This document shows positions 13,047 through 24,073 of a stretch of 64,000 nt of DNA, piece by piece. The translations under genes and the position numbers were made by a program. Location of the stretch: assembly GCA_040437565.1 (NCBI GenBank), contig JBDOQK010000043.1, forward strand, positions 1 through 64,000, written 5' to 3'. The notes beneath the pieces are model-generated. The model saw nothing but the letters and a program-made list of their open reading frames with translations, made no database searches and had not been told where the DNA came from. Position 1 is the stretch's first letter, and each line of letters starts with the position of its first letter. Origin of the DNA: Albugo candida (Eukaryota).

Positions 13047-14050
13047 ATGAAACATGGTCTCCACAAAAGCATTCTTGCCACGATAGGAATTTATACAAGC
13101 AAATCATCATTACGTGCGCGCAATATACGCAGACTTGATCCTTCCAACATCAAGCAACCTCTCCACAAGCTTGGAAGTAAAACGAAAACCTTCTCTGATA
13201 TTTTCGGATTCAGGAGTTCTCGTAATTCTCGATCGTAGTCAGGCGGGTGTAGGTAGTAACTCTGGTTCTGCAGGATGATAAAGCATCTGTAAAACCAGAG
13301 CTTTAAAAGTTTACTAAGAAAGAAAAGGTGGTGGTCTTCGCCTTCTTACATATTGGGTAAGAACACGATGAATTATTTGGATCGTTTTCAGCGCACCTTT
13401 GCTTATCAGAAATACGATAATGCGTGAAGATTAGATTGGAATATCATTAAGCAGTGGATCAATAAGAAGAGGCTGCACCTCTCTCATGGTAAGAACCTGA
13501 TCGATGTTTACGATTATATAAAAGATCTTCCGTGGAGTTGAAATTTCACATGGTCTACTGGAAATAAACGAAGCCTTCGATTGATGCCTACTGCAGAGAA
13601 GAAACACTTGATTTATAAGCTCGACAATAAACCTTTTTCTGCAGACAAAAGTTCGCTGTCGACAGCAATGTTCAGTTATTTACATCATGCCGACTCCAGT
13701 GTTGCTTTGAAAATCCAACTATTTACTTCTAAAGATATTAGAATTCGAAACATGTATTCACCTCTCCTCCATAACAAGTTGAAAAGTATGATTGGAGATG
13801 AAAATGGTAATTATCAGGCAGAATGTGACTCGTTTGAAGATATTAAAATCTTCTCTGAGTACACTATTTCATTCATCATGGAATTTGCAGTTAGCGCTCA
13901 CTACGTCAAATAGAATGTTGATGGCAATTGTGCTGTTCTCGTTGAATATTCGGGAAGCAGGAGCTTGATACTCGGTGCTTCATTTCTCAAGTCACAATGT
14001 TCAAATCGGTTCAAGAAAGGGATTAAAGTATACAATGTTTTGTGACAGGA
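13047..14050 (+). pseudogene. Pseudogene of the pepsin-fold secreted family, closest to 26653..27780
   Basis: MKHGLHKSILATIGI, then frameshifted QANHHYVRAIYADLILPTSS..LEV..SLIFSDSG, ending GSRSLILGASFLKS. Multiple stops and frameshifts. Confidence 0.85.
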
Positions 14051-14337
14051 AAACCTTAGAGCTACTCTTTACCCAATCTGAGTTGTACTTCTGATGTTGT
14101 AGGTCGTATCCTACAGCAAGCAATAGGACGATACTGGATACATATCGAGCCATTTAAACCGAAACAGACCGCACATGGCTGTTTACTCGTATGTTGGCGA
14201 TAAACCATGCTTTTTCCAGAAGGCATTCCAACGCCTAGCCGAAACTTTGTACGCGTTTGAACATCAATTGCATGTTCGTTAATACCACAAATGACGCTAA
14301 TGTGACTTCTCTAATGCATGCATCCCTGTTAATCGGT

Positions 14338-15709
14338 CTATAAATGTCTATTCTGGTAACAAATACTCGCAAAGGTGTGAGCATGATGTTTTAGTTTGTC
14401 GATTAGCACAAAAGCTGCCGAGTTTGTTGCCGGATGACATGTAAAAGGGTCCGTTACGTTGTCTCGATTTGTATTTGACGAAAAGATGGGGAAGATATGC
14501 TGTGAGATAGTGGTGATAAAATCTTTTGGAGATATAGCCATTGTCATAACTTTCGTGCCAGCTCACAATGATGTTCTTTCATTCTATTTTTTGCCTTTCA
14601 ACCTCGTTTCCGGCATCACAAATGCATTCGCAAAGTCTTTTAGAAGTCCGACTAAATGGCAACCAGCAGAGATCAAGACCCTGTCAACACAAGTACATTC
14701 GATAACGGACGCTTCATTACCAGCGTATCTCGAAAGTCTGATTACATAGTGTCAAGAACTACCATCAATTGAGTGGTGATGCCACTATCGGAGCAGTCAC
14801 TTGCGTGTGCAAGGTAATAATCCATGCACGAAATTTTTTCAGATTGTGGGCCATATCATTCTCCTGTGAAATCTTCTCTCAATAGTTTGCCTCCATGATT
14901 GACGCCCCCAGTATTCGATCAATCTGTGTTGTAGTAGTTCCGAATCGCGTCGAGCGCTTAATTGTTTCAAATCGCATACGTCAAACATTGGTTGCAAACT
15001 GATCATTTCTTACAATACTCTCAACAAGACCTCTTTTGTGATATCCACCAGCTTGTCTTGCACGTAGACATGCAAGAAACCATCTCTCTTTCACGAATTG
15101 TGAATAATGAAGGTGTCACCTACTGTCACAGCTATTCGTGAGATATCGTACGCATCACAAGCTTTCTTATATAAATAATTTTGTTATTACATTGAGACAA
15201 TATCTCAATTCGCATCGTCCGCAATAGGGCTCTTATTCCAGATTCCATTGCTTATAAATGGCGGGCTTTGAATCACACCATTTCTATACTACTGTCGCAT
15301 GAACCGACTTTACGGCGCTCGCTCTGATGTTTCTTGAGCGTCAGGGGCGATCATTTGAATCATGCCACCGCTTGAGGCTAAGTCTTTCCAAATCCGAATG
15401 AAGCACAGCTGATCGATATAGCGATCTATTCACGTACCAATGACATTACGAAGAAAGAGGAAAGGATATAACAGCAAATTTGTTGTTTATATCATCATTG
15501 TCGCCCAGTTGATACAAAATTGCGCTTTTTTGCATCATCATTGAACCTCGCCGAAATCCAGATAATCTGACGACTTTGATGATGGCTTTACAAGGAGTTA
15601 TTTTGCTCAAGCAAGTGTCATTTGTCAAGTATCAAGGCATCGCTGCAACGAACGAAGAGAACTCGGATGCAATCAAGACGTAGAATGCTATGAAATGACC
15701 ATCCCTCAT
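14338..15709 (-). pseudogene. Decayed putative secreted protein gene, paralog of 11130-11740
   Basis: ATG at 15709 gives signal-peptide-like MRDGHFIAFYVLIASEFSSFVAA followed by a stop. Later fragments are CLSKITPCKAII, DQLC, CDSSIEMV*FK and TVGDTFIIHNS*KRDGFLHVYVQDKLVDITKE. The 3' limit is uncertain. Confidence 0.55.
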
Positions 15710-18313
15710 TAGTAAAGACTCTGAATTCTGGCGAATTCATTAGACTATTTGACATTGTGACACTTTGGCTCATTTTTAGTAGCTAATAGTGCTAAGATTA
15801 TAAATGTCAATTTTTCGAATTTCTGGACAATTTGGAGACGGATTACTAACTCGATATTCAGCTCGATAAAAGGACGTACCCCACAATGGGACTATCTAGT
15901 TATTCAATAAGGTAGCGTGAACAAACACTACTGATGTGAATTAAAGTGATCCGGCTGAGCTGTCTGTAATCATCAGAATTTCATTAAATTTCATCTCTAA
16001 GTTCCTGATATATCTTACAAATTATAGAAACATTGCAATGTTACCTTGGTGATGTTGATTGTATGCCTTGACTTTGACATGCACCATTGCGGTCCGCCCA
16101 AAAAAGCNNNNNNNNNNNNNNNNNNNNNNNNNNNNNNNNNNNNNNNNNNNNNNNNNNNNNNNNNNNNNNNNNNNNNNNNNNNNNNNNNNNNNNNNNNNNN
16201 NNNNNNNAATGAAGCACAGCTGATCGATATAGCGATCTATTCACGTACCAATGACATTACGAAGAAAGAGGAAAGGATATAACAGCAAATTTGTTGTTTA
16301 TATCATCATTGTCGCCCAGTTGATACAAAATTGCGCTTTTTTGCATCATCATTGAACCTCGCCGAAATCCAGATAATCTGACGACTTTGATGATGGCTTT
16401 ACAAGGAGTTATTTTGCTCAAGCAAGTGTCATTTGTCAAGTATCAAGGCATCGCTGCAACGAACGAAGAGAACTCGGATGCAATCAAGACGTAGAATGCT
16501 ATGAAATGACCATCCCTCATTAGTAAAGACTCTGAATTCTGGCGAATTCATTAGACTATTTGACATTGTGACACTTTGGCTCATTTTTAGTAGCTAATAG
16601 TGCTAAGATTATAAATGTCAATTTTTCGAATTTCTGGACAATTTGGAGACGGATTACTAACTCGATATTCAGCTCGATAAAAGGACGTACCCCACAATGG
16701 GACTATCTAGTTATTCAATAAGGTAGCGTGAACAAACACTACTGATGTGAATTAAAGTGATCCGGCTGAGCTGTCTGTAATCATCAGAATTTCATTAAAT
16801 TTCATCTCTAAGTTCCTGATATATCTTACAAATTATAGAAACATTGCAATGTTACCTTGGTGATGTTGATTGTATGCCTTGACTTTGACATGCACCATTG
16901 CGGTCCGCCCAAAAAAGCCTAAGACTATCTTAAGCTTCCAATACAATCTACATCCATATATTGTCTAAAGTACACTTCAAAATTTGCTATCCGCCACACT
17001 GATTTGAGCAAAGACTTTCCTCGTAAATTAGCGTCTATGTTGCAGTTGCCATAGATAAAGAAGTACATCATAGCAGCCATCCAGTGTGCAAAAAAACCTC
17101 TTCAAGTATCAAGTCGAATCATCGAACAATTCGGATTCGTTTTAGCTTAGTTGCTCGATCAGAAATGAAATACGTAGTCCGTGATCCTGTCGACAAAGGC
17201 ATATAAACGTTTTACTGTATAGGTGAACGCGATCGGAGGCTTCATTTTGTTTGCACTCGAAGTACAACTAGTATCGTTAAGCACTGTCGAGCAGTCTCGG
17301 CTCATACTCTACGTCGACATAGTCAGCCAGGGAACGTCCAAGGCATCCTTTAAACCCGCTTCGAAGCGCAAGTAGCTCGTTAAGATGCCATGAATGAACG
17401 TAGATGTCAGACAGAACGGAGTGCCCAGATTCTTGACCGACCAATTCGAACACAAGATAATTGAAATTGGGCATGCAAGAACAGGGTAGCATTCGATATA
17501 ATTAGAGCGAGCCGGATGTGGTCAAGGTTGAGTTTTGACAAGCTCCATCACAACCTGGAAGTATTCAAGGAACGCAATGNNNNNNNNNNNNNNNNNNNNN
17601 NNNNNNNNNNNNNNNNNNNNNNNNNNNNNNNNNNNNNNNNNNNNNNNNNNNNNNNNNNNNNNNNNNNNNNNNNNNNNNNAGGCATATAAACGTTTTACTG
17701 TATAGGTGAACGCGATCGGAGGCTTCATTTTGTTTGCACTCGAAGTACAACTAGTATCGTTAAGCACTGTCGAGCAGTCTCGGCTCATACTCTACGTCGA
17801 CATAGTCAGCCAGGGAACGTCCAAGGCATCCTTTAAACCCGCTTCGAAGCGCAAGTAGCTCGTTAAGATGCCATGAATGAACGTAGATGTCAGACAGAAC
17901 GGAGTGCCCAGATTCTTGACCGACCAATTCGAACACAAGATAATTGAAATTGGGCATGCAAGAACAGGGTAGCATTCGATATAATTAGAGCGAGCCGGAT
18001 GTGGTCAAGGTTGAGTTTTGACAAGCTCCATCACAACCTGGAAGTATTCAAGGAACGCAATGGTTCTTTCGAAGCAGCATCAAATCGGTAAACAACGGTG
18101 CCATCAACACAGATTGCAAGTTTTTATCGGTGCAATAGATCACGCAAACGTTCGATCGGCATCGAAGAGTAATGCTGAGAGAATATCAGCTTGCCTCACT
18201 ATGCACATGCTGTGGCGGCAGATGGCTCAATTATTCAGAAAAACCAGCAGCTACACCTATGCGTCTGTGAACAAAGGACGCAGGGAGAGATACGGAGAAC
18301 ATCTGTGTGGAAG

Positions 18314-18356
18314 ACGACACATTTATAGGCCACGACACATTTATAGGCCACGACAC
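18314..18356. repeat. 18-bp minisatellite (ACGACACATTTATAGGCC, ~2.4 copies)
   Basis: Read directly from the sequence. Confidence 0.9.
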
Positions 18357-18976
18357 TGACTGTTGTCTGCCATGCCGACTGCTCACACCTCATCACACTC
18401 ACCATAAACGAAGTGGCCAAAACTAGTCACAAACATCACAAGACAACGCGGGATATAAATCCATAGAGAAAAAGTTGCCAATGATCGCATTATTTTTCAT
18501 ATTGTGCACCTTTCTTCCTAAACTGTACTATAAAGATGTGCTGTTGTAGTCACAAAGTTCGCATCAAGTCCGTGTTCTATCAACTTGCGTATGTGCTTAT
18601 TCAACGACACTAACCCTATTGTCAGGCACGAATTCTAAGAGAAGTTGCTTTTAATCAACTTTCAGAGGTAACATTGTTCATTCCATCTTTCGTGCAACTT
18701 TATGGCACCATTTCTTCTGTCAAATGTACCTCAAGAGTCAGTAGCACATTGTTGTCGAACGATGTAGTCCCACTTTACATTAAGTATGTAGTGAAATAAA
18801 GGTTCCGAGACAGTCTCTCATTATTCAAAAAGCAGAAAAAGATGAAACANNNNNNNNNNNNNNNNNNNNNNNNNNNNNNNNNNNNNNNNNNNNNNNNNNN
18901 NNNNNNNNNNNNNNNNNNNNNNNNNNNNNNNNNNNNNNNNNNNNNNNNNCTCTCATTATTCAAAAAGCAGAAAAAG

Positions 18977-20248
18977 ATGAAACATACCCTCTCACGACCG
19001 TCCATTCTTGCCACCGTAGGAATACTCCAATTGAAATATCAGCACGTGAGTGCAGCATACGTGAAGTTAATGGGAACCGAGATGTTTCAAACTGGATTAG
19101 AAGCACGGATTTCACCACCGCTGACATTCACGGAGGAGAGAAAGGTTTTGATTCCAAGTGATCAAGATAAGGAGTATACTGTTTCCTTAATCGTGAAGGC
19201 TCATAATTCTATAAGAACGAAAGGAAGATGGCAGGCGAAGCGCAAATTCACTTTTTCTTCGGCAATAATCGACTCATTTTTAAAACGATCACGAGGGTAT
19301 ACCAGACTGAAAGAAGAAGGGAATCCAAGTGAACGAAACCCATCCCAATCATCTTCATCCGTCCAGCTTTCCCATAAAAAATGGTCCGATGTTCAGCATG
19401 GTATAGACAACGAGGAGCAAAGTCTTAGCAGTACGGACCGCCTCAGGGAAGGCAACACAGTGAAGAGAAATGATAATTGGAGATTTTTCGATCGCCGAAA
19501 GTGCAAATTTAAATCTGGTACGTTTTATACCGGCTGGAAAATAACATGGAGGAACTTGGAGAAGCTCATTGAGACGAAGGCGCTTCTCATTTCTCCAGAA
19601 GCAACTCGCATCAATCCTCAAGCTTACATCAAAAACAATCCAGGAATCTACTCATTTATATGGGACAATAAATTAGGGCCGAGACTTTACTTTGGAAAAG
19701 CACAATCAAAAAAGAAAATGACGGAATTTATGCCTGAGGACGAGCTATCGCTGTTAATGATGTATGGCTCGTCTAAACGTCTCCCCAAATCTCCTGACAA
19801 TATAAACAGCAACGCACCGAATATTGAGAATTCGCCAGGAAGCCCAATCAGATTTGACTTTGGGTACGAATTTATCGGACTTCCAAAGGAGATTTGTTCC
19901 ACAATCAAAGACGAATACCTCTTACAGTTTTTTCCGCTGGAAAACGGGTTTTATAAATCATCCGTTGATACCATCTCTGCCAAATATTGCGGTACAGATA
20001 TCGCCTTGTACCTGATCCTCAATAACGAGGAAGCATTGCTCATTGAACCCTATAGATATATTCAAATTCAGGGTGGTAGTTCCTATTTCCCCGTCGAGGT
20101 GTCGGAGGGTGATACTTATGTACTCGGCACAACTTTCCTTCGAAAATATTCCGTCAATGTCGATACAAGGGAAGGAAAAATGCGGTATCAAATTGACGGT
20201 GTGAAAAAATTGGCTGAGATTCCTCAGCAGGAGAGACATTCTTTATAG
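18977..20248 (+). CDS. Secreted pepsin-fold protein, probably non-catalytic; family member 2
   Basis: 423 aa from ATG 18977 (the ORF track start spans a gap). MKHTLSRPSILATVGILQLKYQHVSA-AYV, GLEARISPPLTF, YIKNNPGIYSF, RFDFGYEFIGLP, YVLGTTFLRKYSVNVD. Confidence 0.8.
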   Translation: MKHTLSRPSILATVGILQLKYQHVSAAYVKLMGTEMFQTGLEARISPPLTFTEERKVLIPSDQDKEYTVSLIVKAHNSIRTKGRWQAKRKFTFSSAIIDSFLKRSRGYTRLKEEGNPSERNPSQSSSSVQLSHKKWSDVQHGIDNEEQSLSSTDRLREGNTVKRNDNWRFFDRRKCKFKSGTFYTGWKITWRNLEKLIETKALLISPEATRINPQAYIKNNPGIYSFIWDNKLGPRLYFGKAQSKKKMTEFMPEDELSLLMMYGSSKRLPKSPDNINSNAPNIENSPGSPIRFDFGYEFIGLPKEICSTIKDEYLLQFFPLENGFYKSSVDTISAKYCGTDIALYLILNNEEALLIEPYRYIQIQGGSSYFPVEVSEGDTYVLGTTFLRKYSVNVDTREGKMRYQIDGVKKLAEIPQQERHSL

Positions 20249-22879
20249 GATAGACTACATGCTTTACACCCACCTGAATTAAATCTATAACACGTTATAT
20301 TCGTATGCATAGCGACGCACATGAGCTCAGATGCCTCTGGCATTCTCTTAATTCTACATAATATCATTATCAAGTCAAAATTTCTTGACTTTTTTTTTTG
20401 ACTGGAAGGAAATCTTGGCAACAAAACCGAGGTCAAGACCGGCAGTTGGACGATCAATTGATGGAATAGAAGAAGCATGAAAGTCCTCGATTGGCATAGA
20501 AGACGATCATGCAAATATCTATTGTATCACCTTCATGAACACGCATAGACATCAACATTTGGCTTCAGACGCAATCTTCGACACAGGCGCTGATAAATTC
20601 TTGTGAAGCACACGTACTCATGCTTGATGATTGCAGTATTCTTGACAGTAGACTGCAAATTACATTCATTTGATAGATCTTGGTATTCTTTTTACTTGCG
20701 TTATGTAGCATGAACATAAGTAAGCATNNNNNNNNNNNNNNNNNNNNNNNNNNNNNNNNNNNNNNNNNNNNNNNNNNNNNNNNNNNNNNNNNNNNNNNNN
20801 NNNNNNNNNNNNNNNNNNNNNNNNNNNATGATTGCAGTATTCTTGACAGTAGACTGCAAATTACATTCATTTGATAGATCTTGGTATTCTTTTTACTTGC
20901 GTTATGTAGCATGAACATAAGTAAGCATGTGCTACATTTACCTATTTACGAAGAATAGATTCGGGGTCTGATGAAATGATACATAAAGTGGCAGAAACCA
21001 GTGTTTCTGACACGAATAGCACAATGTCCTTGGGATCAGGACGCAGCTGAAAAGAATCTTCAAGTACAAAGCGACAACGCAACGATTCCGATACTGTCTG
21101 AGTGGAATGCAGTTTAAGTTTTGTTGTATGAGCAGTATTGATGCCTTCTTTGCAATCTCATTAGCAGGATGCTTTTACACGCGAGGATAGCTTAACAACC
21201 TCAGCGATAGCACACATTTGAGAACTCAGTTCCTGCGGAGGTCCTACACCTGGCAACTCGCACCAGCAGCGATATCCTGCGTTTTATTAAGTCACGGGCC
21301 ATTCTAGATCGAGATAAGACCCCAAAAATGTTTTATCTGTATCTTGCGACGTATGTACTATGCCAAAAAGAGTTTGCCTCAGAATCAAAAAGAACGAAAC
21401 TATGAGTTTGTGACATTGTGCGAAGTATAATGCTTTTCCGTATGCTGAGGCTCTTAGCGAGATAAAGCAAATAATAATTTGGAAATGAAGGGGGATCAGA
21501 TTTGTCTAACTCTGGAGATACGTCTAATTCCGGCATTTTAGTGACTGTAGTTTTGATAGCCTGAGTACAATTGGGTGGAGTGAACCAAGTTGGTCAGGTT
21601 TAGCAACGTTGACTCTTTCATACGACTCCTGGAGCTACTCGCACAAGCGTGTGCTTCAAGTGACTGGATATACCATCTATCAAACGGATTCTACGGCGTC
21701 CTTTGATGCATCGGTGACACTTTAATTTTCCCCATCGTGAAATTTGGATTTGTGTCCTATTTCATCGAGACAAACACAAGTAGGTACCTTTCTCCAGCTA
21801 CCCAGATCGCAAATGCTTCAATAAGAACTCAACACAGTTCTTTCATATCAAGTACACTGCGCGTCCATCGTGTTAATCGGTAGAGTGCCACTTCGATCGT
21901 ATTAAGAACGTACCATGACAGGAATCACCTGCGGTATAAGCAAGCAAAAGAGGGCATGAAATCTCCAGCTGGTTTCGTTGTTCAGAGATAGATTGGCTAT
22001 CATCGTGTGTGCGTTGATTTCAAAACGTTGCATCGACAATGTTCGTTGTAAAGGAACGATCACACCTGGAAACATACAGACGATGCAGGATGCAACGCAC
22101 GTTTAAATTCCCCAGACTAGAATTGAAAGTCTTAATTCCTTCATCGAAAAAAGATATTCAATCTTGACTGAGAGGCTGACTTTATCGTGAAAGCTTTGAT
22201 TCTGCAACATTACTTCTGTGGCTCAACGAAGGCTGGAACGCAGAGACTCCGAGGTATACATTTTGTCTAATATTGATATATACTCGTGTGCGTTGACACG
22301 GCCATGCAGCTGAGATACTCCAAAAAGTCATCTATCTCGAAGCTTCATAGCCCTTATTTGTCGTGAAAGTCTCGTTTAAAGCGCTATTGGATTTTGTGAC
22401 TCTGTCCTACATAGCGTCATGCATTATTTGTAAAGGGTTTAAGACCCAATGATCTTTGTTCATAATTCGCAAAGATCGCACTATGATATGATCCGATCGC
22501 TGATCGCGAATACTGAGATATGTAAGGGAACAGCCCGAGAAAAAGTAAGATATAGCGAGTTGTCAGCTTTCGTAAAGCTTGACACTCTCCAGTGCGAGAA
22601 AAATCGCTGGCAGCCCCCATCGACTTCAGAACCGATGGTACGAATCACGGGTCGAACATCTGAAACTCAGTAGCACCACTTGCCTAAATTTCACTTTCGT
22701 CTATAATATTTGGAATACAAAACCTTGGAACATGACTTTGAGTCCATTACCATGGCACGCGTCTACGGCAGCGTCAGCACTTTTAGGGTCAAGTGCCACA
22801 ATTCATCAAGTAACTCAAAAAGGCATAGATTTTGCTCAAGTGGGAAAGAAGAAACTTCAGATTGCAGGCGGATGGTTAG

Positions 22880-24073
22880 CTACTTGTACCCAGCAACGAT
22901 TTGATGCAACATCGTTCCGTCCCTTGTGTCGACAATTACAGGATGTTTCCTCAGAAAAGTTGTGCCGAGTCCAAAAGTGTCCCTCTCAGACTTCTGGATG
23001 GGTAGATAGGAAATGACATCGTCGTCTCGGATATGTTGATAGGGTTCAATGGTGAAAGCGGGCTCATTATTCATAAGTAGGTTCAAGATGAAGAGTCGAC
23101 CGCATCGCTCCTTGTTTCTCTCGGATCTTCCGAAAAACTCGTTTGTTTGTAGAAAAGGCCAACTGTCATAGCGAGAGGGAAACGTGGCTGAAAGTTGAAA
23201 AAACTCGTACCCAAAGTCAAATCTTGCTTGACAGCAATACGTATTGTCCAATCTCCCTGCTGTGAAATCTGAATTGTGCCAAAAATCGGATGGATCATAC
23301 ATCAGCGAAATTGATAGCTCGTCCTCAGGCATGAATACCGCCGTTTTTTCTTTTTTATTCCTTGTTCCAAAATAAAGTCTGGGAGTTTCTTCGTCCCACG
23401 TAAACGAGTAAATTCCTGGATTGTTTTTGATGTAAGCATGAGGATTGATGACAGTTATTTTTGGCAAAAGGAGAAGCGTCTTCATGTCAATGAGCTTCTT
23501 TAGGTCCCTCCATTTCATGTCCCAGCCAGTATTATATGTCTTAGATCCAAACTTGTGCTCTCGTCGATCGGAAAATTTCCAATTATCATTATCCTCTAGT
23601 TTATCGTTCTCCCTGAAGCGATCAGTACTGCTTAGGTGTGGTTCATCGTTATGTACACCACATCGAAAATTTTGATGTAAACGCTGTGCTGATGAGCTCG
23701 ATTCGGATGAATATTGCATGCTATTGGGAATTCGTTCTCTCGATATGGTACGGCCTTTTAATCGCTTTGTCAGAGTGTCAAAGAATGGTCGACTGCACGT
23801 GGATTTTGTGCGTTCGGAATCCCAAATTCCTTGTTTTTTATCTTTAACGGATAGCGTCACAGTATACACCATGTCTGGGTGTACAGGGTCTACTTGGTCT
23901 ATAAGCCTTCCGTCGTCGGAATACTCCAGCGGAGGATAAACCTCAGCATTCAATCCTGTTTGAAATTTCTCGGCATGTGTACTCAATGCAAAATCGACGT
24001 ATGTTGCGCCCACGTGTTGATACCTTGCTTGGAGTATTCCTACCACGGCAAGAATGGGTGGTCTCAGTTTCAT
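22880..24073 (-). CDS. Secreted pepsin-fold protein, probably non-catalytic; family member 3 (inverted paralog of member 2)
   Basis: 397 aa. MKLRPPILAVVGILQARYQHVGA-TYVD, GLNAEVYPPLEY, YIKNNPGIYSF, RFDFGYEFF, FGLGTTFLRKHPVIVD. Confidence 0.8.
   Translation of the reverse strand: MKLRPPILAVVGILQARYQHVGATYVDFALSTHAEKFQTGLNAEVYPPLEYSDDGRLIDQVDPVHPDMVYTVTLSVKDKKQGIWDSERTKSTCSRPFFDTLTKRLKGRTISRERIPNSMQYSSESSSSAQRLHQNFRCGVHNDEPHLSSTDRFRENDKLEDNDNWKFSDRREHKFGSKTYNTGWDMKWRDLKKLIDMKTLLLLPKITVINPHAYIKNNPGIYSFTWDEETPRLYFGTRNKKEKTAVFMPEDELSISLMYDPSDFWHNSDFTAGRLDNTYCCQARFDFGYEFFQLSATFPSRYDSWPFLQTNEFFGRSERNKERCGRLFILNLLMNNEPAFTIEPYQHIRDDDVISYLPIQKSERDTFGLGTTFLRKHPVIVDTRDGTMLHQIVAGYK

Noticed and set aside
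17200-18360. Short ORFs and an 18-bp repeat as a possible CRISPR or transposase
   Set aside because: A plain minisatellite with no spacers, in a eukaryotic context, with no identifiable transposase motif.
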